A stretch of DNA of 64,000 nt from Octopus sinensis (lineage: Eukaryota): assembly GCF_006345805.1 (NCBI RefSeq), contig NC_043009.1:6262001-6326000 (forward strand). The letters run 5' to 3'. Shown here in pieces: positions 1 to 13,060 of this stretch. A program made the translations under genes and the position numbers. The notes below the pieces were generated by a model, which saw nothing but the letters and a program-made list of their open reading frames with translations, was not told the origin of the DNA and did not search any database. The first letter of the stretch is position 1. Each line of letters opens with the position of its first letter.

Positions 1-96
1 AAGGGAGATCTCAGTAAAAACACAGCACTTGAAAGGCAAACACAGACAGGTAAGAAAGAATGAAATGACGGCAATCTATCATACAATTTTAAGTTA

Positions 97-188
97 CCTA
101 CGGACGTACGTTTCGAAATCAAGTTTTAGGAAAGCATAAGAATTAGAAAATTCTACCTTACCCAAACTTCTTTTCTCATCGGCGTAGG
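97..188 (-). ncRNA. Type-I hammerhead ribozyme motif with a long stem II
   Basis: Minus strand reads CCUACG-CCGAUGA-GAAA...UUUC-GAA-ACGUACGU-C|CGUAGG. Stem I is 6 perfect bp, stem II is closed by G-C, stem III is palindromic and the cleavage triplet is GUC. The only core deviation is U4C. Confidence 0.7.
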
Positions 189-237
189 ATACTACAATTA
201 TGAATAATTGTATATTAAATTTTGAGATACATATAAA

Positions 238-860
238 CAGGGTGCGGTGAATAAATTGTCTTAATTACGCAAAATTGAAAATAGCACTGACATCTCATTT
301 TAACAGATATATTTACCAAAATTTTATGAAACTATCTTGAAATACTACATAGTAAATTTCTTCAATACAATCTTCATTGGCTTCAACCACAGCGCGCAGA
401 CGCCTTCGGAATCGCCTGCAACTCTTCTGGACCGTCTAGTAGTTTAAGTTGGTTAATGCTGTTATAATGCTTGCCTTTGGTGTTACGAGGAGTTTTATTG
501 GTCTCTCGCTCAACTGCGCCCCACACATAATAATCAAGGAGGTTGCGGTCTGGGAAGTTAGGTGATCAGATGTTACGGGTGATGTGATCGCAGAAATTGT
601 CTGACAGTCATAACTAGGTTCTACTGCTTCTGTGACATGGTGCAAAGTAATGTTGTCAGACATAGATTTATCCCGCGGCCACCCTCTTGACTCAGTACTA
701 TCACTTCCAGGCACTTGGTGTAGGCGTCTGTGTTGGGTCTGAGGCCGTGGGGAAAGATGAATGGAGGCATAACGCCGCCATTACTAATGATCACTCGTTA
801 CATGTCCTCAGATTGCATTGTCTGCACATTGACATCCAACACTCTGAAATGTCCGTACTG
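238..860 (-). mobile_element. Decayed Tc1/mariner DD37D (maT-type) transposase, C-terminal half plus one end
   Basis: Minus-strand translation gives GGVMPPFIFPHGLRPNTDAYTKCL ... APCH...LSDNFCDHITRNI*SPNFPDRNLLDYYVWGAVERETNKTP, with stops at W/Q codons. A TIR-like CAGGGTGCGGTG starts at 238. Confidence 0.8.
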
Positions 861-1060
861 AAGCTTCAGGCGTGAATGCCAAAAAGTACAGCATGTCCTT
901 TCCAAATTTCTGGCAGTGAATTGCGTCGTGTTGTTCTGTTTCTCACATACGGTGCCCAACTGAACCTACTATATTGTGTAGTCGACAAAATGTAAATCAA
1001 ACAAGTGCAAAATTAAACATATAATATGGTGACTATTTACCCATCACATGTCTATGTGTG

Positions 1061-1217
1061 TGTATACGACGGTTTCTTTCAGTTTCCGTCTAACAAATCC
1101 ACTCACAGAGCTATGTTCGGCTCGGCGCTATGGTAGAAGACACTTTGCGCTAGGTTTCATGCAGTGGGACTGAACCGGTGCCATATGGTTTGGAAGCAAG
1201 CCTCTTAACACACAATC
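1061..1217 (-). mobile_element. tRNA-derived SINE family A, 5' half
   Basis: Matches the copies at 2221-2632 and 31945-32330 (GGTTCAGTCCCACTGC head, GTGGATTTG.TAGACGGAAACTGAAAGAA). Confidence 0.8.
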
Positions 1218-1289
1218 ATATATCTACATCTGAATTTTTTTCCGTCACTTGCATGTACTTAATACGAGTACACATTTTATATTTCCTAA

Positions 1290-2000
1290 TTATGTTATCG
1301 ATATCATTTTATCTGTATATTCGAAGGTATTTTGAACTTATATCTTACCTAGTCAACTAAATTCATATTTTAAATGTCATGGCGAATATGTACCCCGTAT
1401 TATCAAAGTACTATGTGTTATTGTATTGTTTATTTTACAGCTTCCTACTTTCAAGCTAAGTATTTATTAAAGAATTCACATAATTTCGAGGCATTAAAAG
1501 TCGCTATCAATTCTTGCAACTGACTAAAATTTTATAATATATTGCGTAGTCTTTCGTAGTATTGTCTGAAGAATTTTAATAAAGAGAAAAATTATATCTT
1601 ATTAATTTCGTTTCAGTCTCCAATTTGATTTGTTTATTTTGAACAAATTCTTTTTGAATAGTGGTACGGTTCTCCTGTCTAGTGTTCTGTATTTGGAACC
1701 GAAATCCAGTATCTTGTATAACTGATCTTCTCGTTACTTCTTGTTGAGCTTGTTACATAGTCCCATTGCACTGATTTCGCTGAAATATACCGCTTCACGA
1801 TATCTAGAATCACTCAGCCATGTCGAAATACAGTACGGCCGTAATACCAGTATCCCATTTGTATTTTGAAATTATATTATCTAATTTATTTTAACTCTAT
1901 ATTCGAACGTATCTTAAATTTATATCTTACCTGGTCGACTAAATTCATATTTTACATGTCAAGACGAATATGCAAGCTGTATTACTAAAGAACTCTGTAT
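1290..2000 (+). repeat. Diverged direct repeat pair (about 1290-1420 and 1870-2000)
   Basis: Both copies share TATATTCGAA.GTAT.TT.AA.TTATATCTTACCT.GTC.ACTAAATTCATATTT...ATGTCA.G.CGAATATG. Confidence 0.65.
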
Positions 2001-2220
2001 TATAGAGTTTTGTATAGATAGTGTACGTAGGATACGCATCATCTTTCGTTTCAAGGAGGTAGCATGCGAATTATGTGAAATTTGGCAATTATTTCTAACA
2101 ACGTGATATACATTATGACATAGCTGTTGTTTCTAGCAGTAGGCATTGTGGGATGTAAGTTGTTATCTACCTCTTGTTTTTTTCTGTTTGAGAATCATTC
2201 CATCGGTGTGTACTCTATAC

Positions 2221-2632
2221 TCTTTTACTCATTCACTTGTTTCAGTAATTTGATTGTGGCTATGCTGGAGCACCGCCTTTAGTCGATCAAATCGACCCCA
2301 GGACTTATTCTTTGTAAGCCTAGTACTTATTATGACGCTAGCTTTTGCCGAACCGCTAAGATACGGGGAGGTAAACACACCAGCATCGGTTGTCAAGCGA
2401 TGCTAGGGGGGACAAACACAGACACCCAAAGCACACAAACATATATACACACATACATATATAAGCATATATACGACGGGCTTCTTTCAGTTTCCGTCTA
2501 TCAAATCCACTCACAAGGCTTTGGCCGGCTCGAAGCTATAGTAGAAAATATTTGCCTAAGGTGTCACGCAGTAGGACTGAACCCAGAACCAGGTAGTCGG
2601 TACGCAAGCTACCTACCACACAGTCAGCCCTG
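2221..2632 (-). mobile_element. Near full-length SINE family A
   Basis: tRNA-like head with a B-box-like GGTTCAGTCC, an internal CA/TA microsatellite and the 3' tail CAATCAAATTACTGAAACAAGTGAATGAGTAAAAGA; colinear with 31945-32330. Confidence 0.85.
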
Positions 2633-3289
2633 TTTAATGTGTATAGATTTCATTTTGAATCTTTGTCTGTTCCTTGTCATATTAGATTTATATGTTTGCA
2701 CCATCGTATTATCCATTTATTTCCGTATATGATTCAGATTCCGGGAACATAAAATTTCACTTTTTGCCTGGCATGGATATTCGTGTAAGAAATGTGCGCT
2801 AAGATTGTTACATCAGATTAAATATCATTAAATGTACTATTAGATACACTTATGCTGTTTTCAACATCGTCCATATTGGATTTCAATGTGTTATGTCTTA
2901 TAATTGTGTTGTTCTTAATTGCATTAACAACATATGTCAAGATTTAGGTATTATTTCGTTTTAATTATTTTTTTAAGTGTCGTAAATTGTTTAGTTGTTT
3001 TTGTTATTATATTAAATCAGATTTAAGTTTCACTAAGTTTATATAATGTACTCGTTTATTGAATTAAATTCCTCATCTTTTTTATAATAACAAAACCGAA
3101 CATACGATTATGTAATCAAGTAGAAAATATCGCTTTGTGTATTTGGCTACAAATTTGAACATAAATCATTTTGTAACAGTATTAATATTAGTATTGTATC
3201 CGCAAATAATTTAATAATTCTTTTATATTTTCACGTATTAAAGGATTAAATATACTCTTTTATATAATAATTGCATTTTGAGTTACTAA

Positions 3290-3440
3290 AGTGCGGCCAT
3301 ACTGGAGCACCATTTTATATAGTTAGTTCAACCAATCGGCACTTGTACTTATTCTAATAGTCTCTATTTCCGGACCGTTAAGTTACGGAGGCGCAATCAG
3401 CCGACACCGGCTGTCAAATAGGGGCGGGAAGAAAAAATAT
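3290..3440 (-). mobile_element. Old 3' fragment of SINE family A
   Basis: CTGGAGCACC...TACTTATTCT...CCG.TAAGTTACGG aligns with the 3' half of 2221-2632. Confidence 0.55.
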
Positions 3441-4129
3441 ACCCAAAAACATACACAAAAACCGACACACATTTATGAAATATACCTCCTTACACCTCTG
3501 TTTACCACTGTTGGTTCTAACAATTCCTGATCTATTTTGATGGGTGCTTTTTTCTCTCACGAGGCCACCGATTATTCTCATCTCCTTTCCTTCTCAGACA
3601 TCATACCCGAAAAACTGATAAGCTATCTGTGGTATACTTAGTGTAATACCTTGGTATAATCTACGATGTATGTAAATATATGTTTTTGTATTTGCCTTGG
3701 CATTTATACAAGAATGCTGAAGCAGACTATAGTATCTCTTGTTCCTTTTTTCGTCTTAAATCCAAATTATTTCTGATAGACTTTTACATTTATTTTAACT
3801 TTTTAACATTTTTTTTAACATTGCTTTTAACTCTTCCTAGTACGATTGGGAGGAATATATTTTAAAAGCACACGACATGGAACTAATAGTCCTGAAGCCC
3901 AACGATCGTTTCCACAGGATGATACACAATTGTTTAGAAATCTTCACAAAGAACTGTTCAAAGTCACAGATGTCATTGAAAATGTCTGTATGTTTGTGAA
4001 TTTCATATATCTTCTAGCCCTTAATATGTTCCATATTATTGTCTCTCTCTCTCTCTCTCTGGAGCTTTAATTTCTCATATTCTTGATGGCCAGTTTACCC
4101 CCGACTTTAAACGTTTTACTCCATTAAGG

Positions 4130-5090
4130 CTTGATGTGGCGCTGTCGGAAATTCTACTTCAAACAGGTTTCCGATATACACTGCTTATTGTTTTTTGTTT
4201 TTCTAAAGCTTTTCATATGTCTGTTATACAGAGACCAAAAGGCAGCCATCCGAATAGACCAGGAATTGTCAGAACCAGCTGAGATTAATAAAAAAGAGCT
4301 GTATCGCTATAACTATTCAATATCTATAATGAGTATATGTTCAGAGAATCAAATGAGTTATGACTCACAGTCGACGGCATGAAAATAAAAAAATAATAAG
4401 ATATAATGATGATGTAATGTGCGAAAACATGAACGATTTCTCATAATAAGAAATCGTTCATGTTGGAATTGAGTAAATTGACAGGGAACCCCTAAATATG
4501 AATATAAAAGAAAGACAATCACAATGATTATAGAGAAAAGGAAGCAAATATGAAGTTAGATTCACCGACACAAAAAAAGACTTGAGCAAGCAAACATCCT
4601 TCAACTATTTAGGAGAAAAAAATGAGTCAGAATGATTGATTTCAAGATATTACTCATGGAATATATGTATCAAAAAGGACATTCATAAGAATGAAAATGA
4701 GCTTCACCTAAAAAGTATAATACTTTATGTAAAATTGACCCGGATAACCATATTTTTCCAATTGTTCTCTACGGGGTAGAAAATTAGGCAATGTAGGTAC
4801 GTATGGAAGGAAATATAGAAAGGTTTGAGATATCTAGTATTTACACACCGGGCAGGGTAAGCTGGAGTGACAGCGTAAGAAATTCTGTGGTACTACATAA
4901 CCAGAAAACACAAAGATATGCATTGGCGAGGTTCAAATACAGAAAGCTACCGTATTTTCGGCATACAATGCGAGAAAAATCACTGTCCGAGGCCATGTCG
5001 GCAGAAATTCTTAAGGGGAAGAAAGTGAGAGGCCGGGAAAAAACGTTTGTAGACTAACAGTATTAAAATATGAACTGAAGAAGAAGAGAC
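4130..5090 (+). mobile_element. Decayed RTE-like LINE, RT and C-terminal region
   Basis: LYRDQKAAIRIDQELSEPAEI, IRYNDD (the YADD motif) and RVSWSDSVRN...RKLPYFRHTMR...KVRGR, broken by many stops and frameshifts. Confidence 0.75.
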
Positions 5091-5114
5091 ACTAGTGTCT
5101 TAGTAAGTTTAATT

Positions 5115-5450
5115 TTACCTTTTCTTCTGCTGATCTCCCTTCTTCAAAGGAACAAATGATGAAACTGGCCAATTGCTATGCTAGCACTTGTAATTCTAGC
5201 ATCCGGTTTTGCTTTCTGATTCCCATCACATGTGAACACAGCTCAGAGATACTTAGACATCTCCACGTATGTTTAATGTTCCACTAAGAAGTAAACTATA
5301 CTAGGAAGACTTTACTGAAAAGACCAGTGCTTCTGACATCCCAGCTTTAATTTTCATACCTGTCGTGCATCATATGGCCACGAAGCTATTCAGTATGCGC
5401 TCTGATAAGCCAACTAACATCGAGTCGTCTAAAGATATCACCTGACTACC
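5115..5450 (-). mobile_element. Second RTE-like LINE RT fragment, opposite orientation
   Basis: Minus strand gives GMKIKAG and KYL*AVFTCDGNQKAKPDARITSASIA, matching the KYLG..F..DG...I.ARI..A RT thumb pattern. Confidence 0.6.
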
Positions 5451-6769
5451 CTACCCCCATCTCAATTTAACAAAATTTGCGCATGTTAATCCATTTCATA
5501 AAAGCTGTTAAACAGGAGATGTGGTAATACGCAACAGTATCAAAGTTAAATGCCCTCGTTAAAAAGTTTTTTTCTTAGTAGCAATTGTTCAAGTAGAAAC
5601 ATCTGGGTATACTGATCTATATTGACATGAACTACAATTTGCCTTTTAATATCAAACTCTTGCAAAATCCTCCACAGTGTGTCAACAGTACGAGGCCAAA
5701 TGCCCCTTCATTGTCTACCATTCAGCTTACAACTTCGTTTCATTTATGTTGTTGTAGCTGTTTAATCACAAATTCAATTCTGTTTGAAGCAAACTTTATT
5801 CAAATTTTATTTGCAATACTTTTGATCAGACGTTTCCAAGGATTTAACATTCTGAGATGATTTTTCGGAAACGGTTTATCCAGAGTAACAAAATATCTGC
5901 TGTTATTCTATCGTTCAAAAACATTGTAAACTGAGTGAGATATAACAGTTACTTCTAGCAAAACAAGCAAGGACGTAAAGGCTAACGCATTCGTTGTATC
6001 TTTAGGATGTGACGTTTATTGCTCGTGTATGAATAAGAAAAGATACCCATATATATTTAATTAAACCATGTAAGGCTCAAGTATAAATACATGCTGGTTT
6101 GGAATATTGGTAAAGGAGGTGTATGATTCTGTTGACCATGCATATATGAATGCATATACACACTTTTATGTATATCTGTGTGTGCGTTTGTACTTCTGCT
6201 TAAGTCTGTCGCTTACGTCTGTATACGTATATATATATATATATATATACGCATATATATGTATGAATGTATTACATATGCTTGTATTTATGTGTTTGTT
6301 CTGTTTATTGTCAATTAAATTGGCTTACAGGTTGCTATTGCTCTGTAAGAAAACATTGATGTCAGCAACAGCAATAAGGAAGCTACTTTCCAATACAAAT
6401 TATACATGTATACTTACGGGTGAGCGTCTATGAATATGTGCTCGTTATTTTGTCTGTGTATTTATATGTACGATGTGCATTTATGTAAGTATGGTAAGAA
6501 TATATGCATACATAACGATATGTAGAGAGAGATGCCTGGGCGGTATCTGTCTCTGTGGTCATGTGCGTGCGTATGTGCATGCGTGTGTGTGCGGGCGCAT
6601 GTGTTAAATTCAGGCTTATATGAAAACATCATCATATATTTATAGAAACATGTGTGAGCGTAGGAATTTTCAAAGAATTTATCTATACAGGATAGATGGG
6701 GTAGATATGCTTCCCTTTCAGAAGCACTGCCTTGGGATGAACACAAGAGTTCACTTATGTGTGTGTCTG

Positions 6770-6805
6770 TATACATACATATACATATATATATACATAT
6801 ATATG

Positions 6806-6890
<85 letters not shown>

Positions 6891-7050
6891 CTGTGTGTAT
6901 TATATATATATATATGCATTTATATATATATATATTATATATATATATATATATTATATATATATATTATATATATATATGTGTGTGCATTTATATATAT
7001 ATATATATACAATATATGTATATACGTACGTGCGTATGTAGATATATGTG
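6770..7050. repeat. Long imperfect (TA)n/(TG)n microsatellite; similar tracts at about 7740-7870, 31260-31500, 38570-38900, 46050-46160 and 55045-55260
   Basis: Directly visible; these tracts produce the YI/IY-repeat ORFs in the track. Confidence 0.97.
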
Positions 7051-7775
7051 TGTATATGTATATTTATATATGCATTTATGTATACTTACACACACACGCA
7101 TTTATATGGAGAAGTGCACAAGGGCTTGTGTTTGTGTGTGCTCAAACGCTTAGCATAAGGATAGATTGGGTATATGCCATAGAACATTAGTTCATGGCGA
7201 ACGGTAAAATGCCGCAAGTTATTGACTACTTCACTGACTTCTGGAGCAAGCAATATATCCTTTCATGCTGTATTTTTATGAACATAAAGCATTGTAATTT
7301 GAAGCTACGATTGAAGATCGTGATGAGCTAGTTTGAAATTGCTTCCATGGTAGGAGATAGATGTCGATAGTTTATTATATTTTCAATTGGACTGAACATA
7401 TTGCAAGGATAGTGAAATGGCTAGATAGTTTTACGGTTCAGCGATTATCGGAAAAGCTGTGAATTATTCTAAGAAGCAGTGAAGGAACTTTATATGGCAG
7501 AAATACTGGACAGTGTAGTTTTTCAGGTAAACTTAGCTGCTCAAATATTGAGAATTCTGCTTGATCTTCCATCTGAACCATTTTGTCTATAAGCATGTAT
7601 TAATTTAAGAACTGACGCGTATTCATGTCCGTTAAATATTCATTGCATCAATGAAAGGACAATGTAAAGAGAGAGGATATAGATAGAGTTGCAACGAAAC
7701 GATGAATACTTCTAAACATGTATATATGTATTTCTGTATATAGATGGACATAAATATATATTTATATATATTTAT

Positions 7776-7855
<80 letters not shown>

Positions 7856-8989
7856 ATATATATGCATAAATACATATTGACACAACGCTCACATGAATGT
7901 ACATGTGTGTACTTTGTATATGAGTGCTTGCGTTTATGTATGTATCTATCGATGTAAAAGGTGGCCATTTGTGTGGATTACAAGAATACATTTCAGTGAA
8001 AAGTGCGTTATCAGATATAATCATCGGATATCGTATCACATGCTTTTTACGTTGAGAAATATGAATAGTGTTCTATTAATGTTAAAACATCCTTGAAAAT
8101 GGAAAGAGGAGAAATCAATATATATACATTTATCGTAAGAAGTGGGCATGTAGACGTCGATTTATGATGCGAACTACAAACACTATATTATATTTTTCCC
8201 TCTTTTCTGAATACTATCAAACTTAAAGTAATTCATTTGACTTACGTAAATGTTATCGACCGATACTCTCTTATCACTAAACTTTGAAGAACTTTACAAT
8301 ATTTGAAAAGAGAGTCATGCTTCGATGAAGGATTGATGTAGCTGTCGAATGTCCACATATCTGTTGGTGTTGTTCTACGAAATTTTAATAGAAAATAAAA
8401 TGAGCATTTGCCTTTCGCTGCAGATTATATAATATATGTACATAAATCTCCACTGCAGTAGGCCATGTATATGTATCATTGTCTATCACACCATCTCTTC
8501 CACGAATTTGTTTTTGTTTTATTGAGGTCTGAGTGATAAAAAGGCGTGTTGAAACACGTGGGATTTCAAGTGAAAATTTTTACGAAGGAAGAAAGCATTT
8601 TGAATATGAACCTGTTACATTGCATGTCTTATATCTTATCTATTATATTTATACATAGACTACACACATTCAGAAATTAATTTAAATGAAGCTCAAATTT
8701 TAAGATAATGTTTATAACAAATTTAAAGACGGCAGCTTGTACAATTCATCTACCGTCTGGCAAGTATAAAAATCTTACTTCAAAACTGCCGTTCGATAAT
8801 TATATATTCTCGTCTAAAAATTATACATACAAATGATTTGCATGGCGAGAATATTATGCTCATGATAAACAAAAAAGAATCACATTTTAAATTTTGAAAA
8901 ACAAGTTTGTTCTTTCCACATCAAAACTGAATCCCACCCTCTATCACGAGAAATATTCGTGCAATGATTAATTAAATTTGTAGGGAAAG

Positions 8990-9130
8990 AAAGCGGAAAG
9001 CTAGCAGAATCATTTAGCACGGTAGGTGAAATATGTAGCGGCATTTCGCCCGTATATACGATTTGAGTTGAAATTCCCCCGTGGTCAGCTTCGTCCTTCA
9101 TTCTTTCATGCTTGAGCACGGGAGTCAATT
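8990..9130 (+). mobile_element. Old copy of SINE family B
   Basis: GCTAGCAGAA...TTAGCACG...GCGGCATTTCG...GAGTTGAAATTCC aligns with the family B copies at 14056-14283 and 22940-23328. Confidence 0.55.
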
Positions 9131-9249
9131 GGTGGCCTAGGGGTAAAATTTGAATCCGATATGCGTGAAAGGAAAGCAAAGGTATAGTACATGTAACTGC
9201 CATGACACATATTACTATTTGCGTCAGACAAATTTTACAGCTGTATCTA

Positions 9250-9530
9250 TCTGATAAAGAACGCTGGATAAACATTAATTCGAACTATTTGATTATATTT
9301 GATACCAGCGGATTGGTTGCTACCTTTGCATTTTAAATTGCTTAGACTGAAGATTCCATTTTTTACACATCCTACCCTGTGACTGATTGGTGATGTTGAT
9401 CCTATGAGGCAGAATAGAATGTACTGACTACTAATAGACTCACAAAAACTAGATTTAAAAAAGAAACAAAGCTGCCAGGCATAAAAGATGTCTGTTGACT
9501 CGTCAATGAGTTCTTCCATTGCCGTTATCT
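9250..9530 (-). mobile_element. hAT transposase fragment carrying the first catalytic Asp motif
   Basis: Minus-strand ORF contains LIDESTDIFYAWQLCFFF...YILFC, matching the hAT L.DESTD motif. Confidence 0.55.
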
Positions 9531-10199
9531 GGTTTCCATCAAAAATCCACATGACAGTACGACGAAAGAGTTTTATTTAGACGAATCCCAAGTGGAACGT
9601 TTTTATGAACTGATATATACTGTTTTATGTACTGTAATATATATTATAAAATAAAATGTACGCTGACACCACGGCTGCATACTAAAACAGGATGACAGAC
9701 GTATTATGCAAAGTTTCAAAATCACTATTAAGGCAGAGCACCATATTTTGAAAAATATATGGTAAAAAATGTGATTAATATTTAACAAATAAATATATCC
9801 TGCTTTGAATAAAATTTCAGATACTAACTCTCTAATAACACACTACAAGTTTGCGCAGGTCAAAAGCTAATCTTATCATTATTTAGCTTAATCAATTGTA
9901 TTTTAACAATGATTTCTGAACTCGAGGTATTCGAATATTCCGGAGCGCCTTTCTTGATCAAGTGTGTGTACACACGAACATACACGTAGCAAAGTATAGG
10001 CACATCATACTCATATATGCAATTAAGTGGGCGCATGCGTGCATGTCTGTCAGTTTGTCTGTCTTATATTCATTTTCATGTGAGTGGCGTGAGGCAACGA
10101 AAACTGCCATTCTCACTGATTGTATGCGCCAGTTGCGTCCAGAAACCAAAGTGAGAACGCACGTACCACGCCATCATATACATAAACATATATAATTCT

Positions 10200-11042
10200 T
10201 TGCATTATACATCGGGAAACATTTTGCTGCAATATCTCTCCATGGTGGCATTACAAGTTGCTAGATCAGCAGCGAATACTGTCAGAGCCAATGTTATCAC
10301 CTGACAGAATATGTATGCAATTAGTGAAAATGAGGATCGTCAAACACGACTCTTGCACTCGAAGTGTAGTGGAGTTCTAAGCGCAGTCGCCTTGTTCGTC
10401 TCACTGAAATGTGGAATATAGCTATTATCTTTGCACATCACATAAAACACGGGCTTGCACTAAGAAACAGAATGATTAAGCCAAGACTTTGTATTCAGCT
10501 TTGAAAGAAAGTGATACGAAGGCAATAATTTTCTACTTAGCAGATTTGTTTGCACATGTCAAACAAGATATTGCAAGGGTGAAATGCTACTATTCTGGAA
10601 TGTATCGAGAAAGTATGCGTCTTTATAATTAAATTAATCCTCTAGAAAATACATTTGCCACAGAATAACTTTGCTTTCTTTTGCAAGTTGGCCAAAACCT
10701 ATCCGACCTCAAAAGATATCGCAAGCAGTACGAACTTCTTGCAGAGCTTGAATGAAGACGTGAAAAGGTCTTGAACTGAAAGAAAACAATCTATTGATGG
10801 CGAGAATTGAAAACGAAGGGCTGATGGGATTTTTGGAAGTAAAATCGTCCAATTGAAAAGATAGGCGATTTAAGCTTAAAATTTAAGCAAGATTTGGAAG
10901 TTGAGTTGGACATGGCGATAGTAAGACAACAAAAGCAATGAATCATTAAACATGTTTTCTATTTTCTACACGATTTTCTAAATATAGAAGTATAGAAGTT
11001 TTCGACTTCAGCATGTAGAGATAACAAGTTTAGGAACCACTG
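10200..11042 (+). mobile_element. Decayed hAT (Charlie/Buster-type) transposase 3' part with right TIR
   Basis: CIIHRE (CxxH motif), LLH-EV*WSSK (LLHTEVRWLSK), YLADLFAHV, ILECIEKV and NNFAF. The end AAGTTTAGGAACCACTG at 11026-11042 is the reverse complement of CAGTGGTTCCTAAACTT. Confidence 0.75.
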
Positions 11043-11049
11043 ATATATA

Positions 11050-11602
11050 CAGGGTAACCACCCAAATAAAACGGAACCAACAAATCTATGAATAAAACTG
11101 TCTGAATGAAACGAACCAGAAGGATAGATCGAGATGAACAGTGGATCCTGCAAGACGGGGCCAGACTACCATGCATCAAACGACTCCGTAGCCTGGCTGA
11201 GAGAGAGACTTCAGGAGAGATTGATCAGCAGGAAGTGTGTCGTTGAGTGGGCACCACATTTACCGGACTTGAACCCCACCAGATTTTATCTCTGTGAGTA
11301 TTTCAAGGATAATATTTACCAGAACAATCCTCAAATAATTGGTCAACTGAAGGCAGCAATCACAGAGAAATCAGGAAAGTTCCCAAAGAGGAATATGTTC
11401 GAGCAATTGACAATTTTGCGCGACGTATGTCATTTGGAGCATGTTTTGAAAAGAACATTACTTTTATGCAAAGGGAATGATCGTACACAGACCGAAATTT
11501 AAGTTAAGCACATTTCAAGAAATCTGGAGGATCTTCGTAGGATTTAATAAATATTTTATGGGATCTGTTTTTATATATAAACATATTAGCTGAGGTACCC
11601 TG
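11050..11602 (+). mobile_element. Internally deleted Tc1/mariner element, DD41D (rosa)-like
   Basis: TA|CAGGGT left end. QDGA...HASNDSVAWLRERLQERLISRKCVVEWAPHLPDLNP...FYL has about 41 residues between the second and third catalytic positions. The right end is uncertain: GTACCCTG|TA overlaps a possible Helitron end. Confidence 0.8.
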
Positions 11603-12275
11603 TAAAACTTTACCGTTAATAAGATGTCTGTTAATACATACGAAACATTTTTCGTCGAATTTCAGCATTTTTGAAAAATTTAATATCTATATTAATGGGT
11701 AGGACCAATTTGACGTAAAAATGAGCAGAGTCTGGTAGTGAACTCGTGTCGTCGTCATTTTTGTAGATGTACGTAAAATGGCGACATTTTACGCCTTGGT
11801 GTAGATTTCGTCAAATTAATATCATCACGATGGCTAGTGTGCAAAATGCCTAAATTTTGCTTGAGAAATAAAATGGTCTTACCTAAGAAAAACCTGAAAA
11901 GCTGGGGAATTAAAACAACAAATTGAAATAGTAAGTTTTAGCAAATCAAAACAATTCGCATTGAAATGAAGAATTAGCAAATGCTAAATAGACAACCGTT
12001 AATAAGATGTATGTTTATACCCATGAGATAATTTCCGTCAAATTTCGGCATTTTTCGTCAAATTAATGCCACAATGTCTAGTGCGAAAAATACCGAAATT
12101 GTACGATGTTTGAATAATCGATGCTGATTAAAAATCGATTTTTAAAAAATTCCAAGTGCGTAAATGAGCGCATGGACATAAGCCCAATACTCGTGTCAAG
12201 TTTCATCAAGGTCTGTTGGATAGCCTCGGAGGAGTTAAATTAACAATTTCACAAACGCACGGACTTTCCATTTAA
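11585..12275 (-). mobile_element. Non-autonomous Helitron-like element with internal direct repeats
   Basis: Minus strand shares TGATGAAACTTGACAC with the Helitron at 59042. ACCGTTAATAAGATGT occurs at about 11612 and 11995, and TTTCGTCAAATTAAT at about 11806 and 12054. Confidence 0.55.
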
Positions 12276-12299
12276 TATTATTATTATTATTATTCAGTA

Positions 12300-13060
12300 T
12301 TATTATTTTTATATCGTGCTTTCACTTCACTACCGAGCGCAGCTGTTTGCCTTGGGTATGTGCTGTGATTTGCTGTGATGCTCTGATGGTTATTGTATGG
12401 AAAGTGTTCTGCGTAGGATGTGTGCAGTGCCTAGTAGTGCAATTTTCTGTATGTTATATGTGTTTGTAAGTCCTGGTGTTTTTGTTATGTATTTGTCTGA
12501 ATATTTTTTTATCATGCCTAATGCACCTATTATGATAGAAATTGTTTCTGTTTTTAGGTTCCACATTCTGGTTACCTCTATTTCCAGGTCTTTGTATTTT
12601 GAAAGTTCTCCATTTCTTTTAGAGACCCGTTGTCATCTGCTGGTATTGATACATCAATTAGAAATCCTGTTTTCTTCATGATCTCTGACAACTGTATCTG
12701 GTCTGTTGGCCTTAATTTCTCTATCTGTGTGTATTGGCATATCCCAGAGTATGATTGCTTTCTCGTTTTCTGTGACCTTTTCTGGTGTGTGCCTATACCA
12801 TCTTTTTTCTGTTGTTATTCCATAATGTTGGCATAGCTTCCAATGTATGTAGGTTCCAACTCTGTCATGTCTGTGAATATATTCCTTCTTAGCCAGGACT
12901 GGGCAGCCAGAGATAATACGATTTATTGTTTCTTGTCCATCACCACATATTCTGCAGTTACTTGTTATATTTCTTTTCATTACATGTTTTTGGTAATTTC
13001 CGGTGGGGAGTCTTTGGTCTTGTGCTGCAATTAAAATCCCTCTGTCTCTGCTCTGAGTCC
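12300..13060 (-). mobile_element. 5'-truncated R4/Dong-type non-LTR retrotransposon (CCHC finger plus restriction-like endonuclease)
   Basis: CRICGDGQETINRIISGC, RHD, NRPDTVVRD, FLIDVSIP and SKYKDLEIEVTRMW...IALLGTAHILRRTLSIQ* (stop at 12390-12392). (TAA)n lies on both sides. Confidence 0.9.

Noticed and set aside
7500-7590. QVNLAAQIL, resembling a P-element/THAP9 motif
   Set aside because: A single short motif without supporting neighbours.
6107-8096. Long YI/IY/VC ORFs here and throughout the window
   Set aside because: They are translations of (TA)n, (TG)n, (GATA)n and (CATA)n microsatellites.
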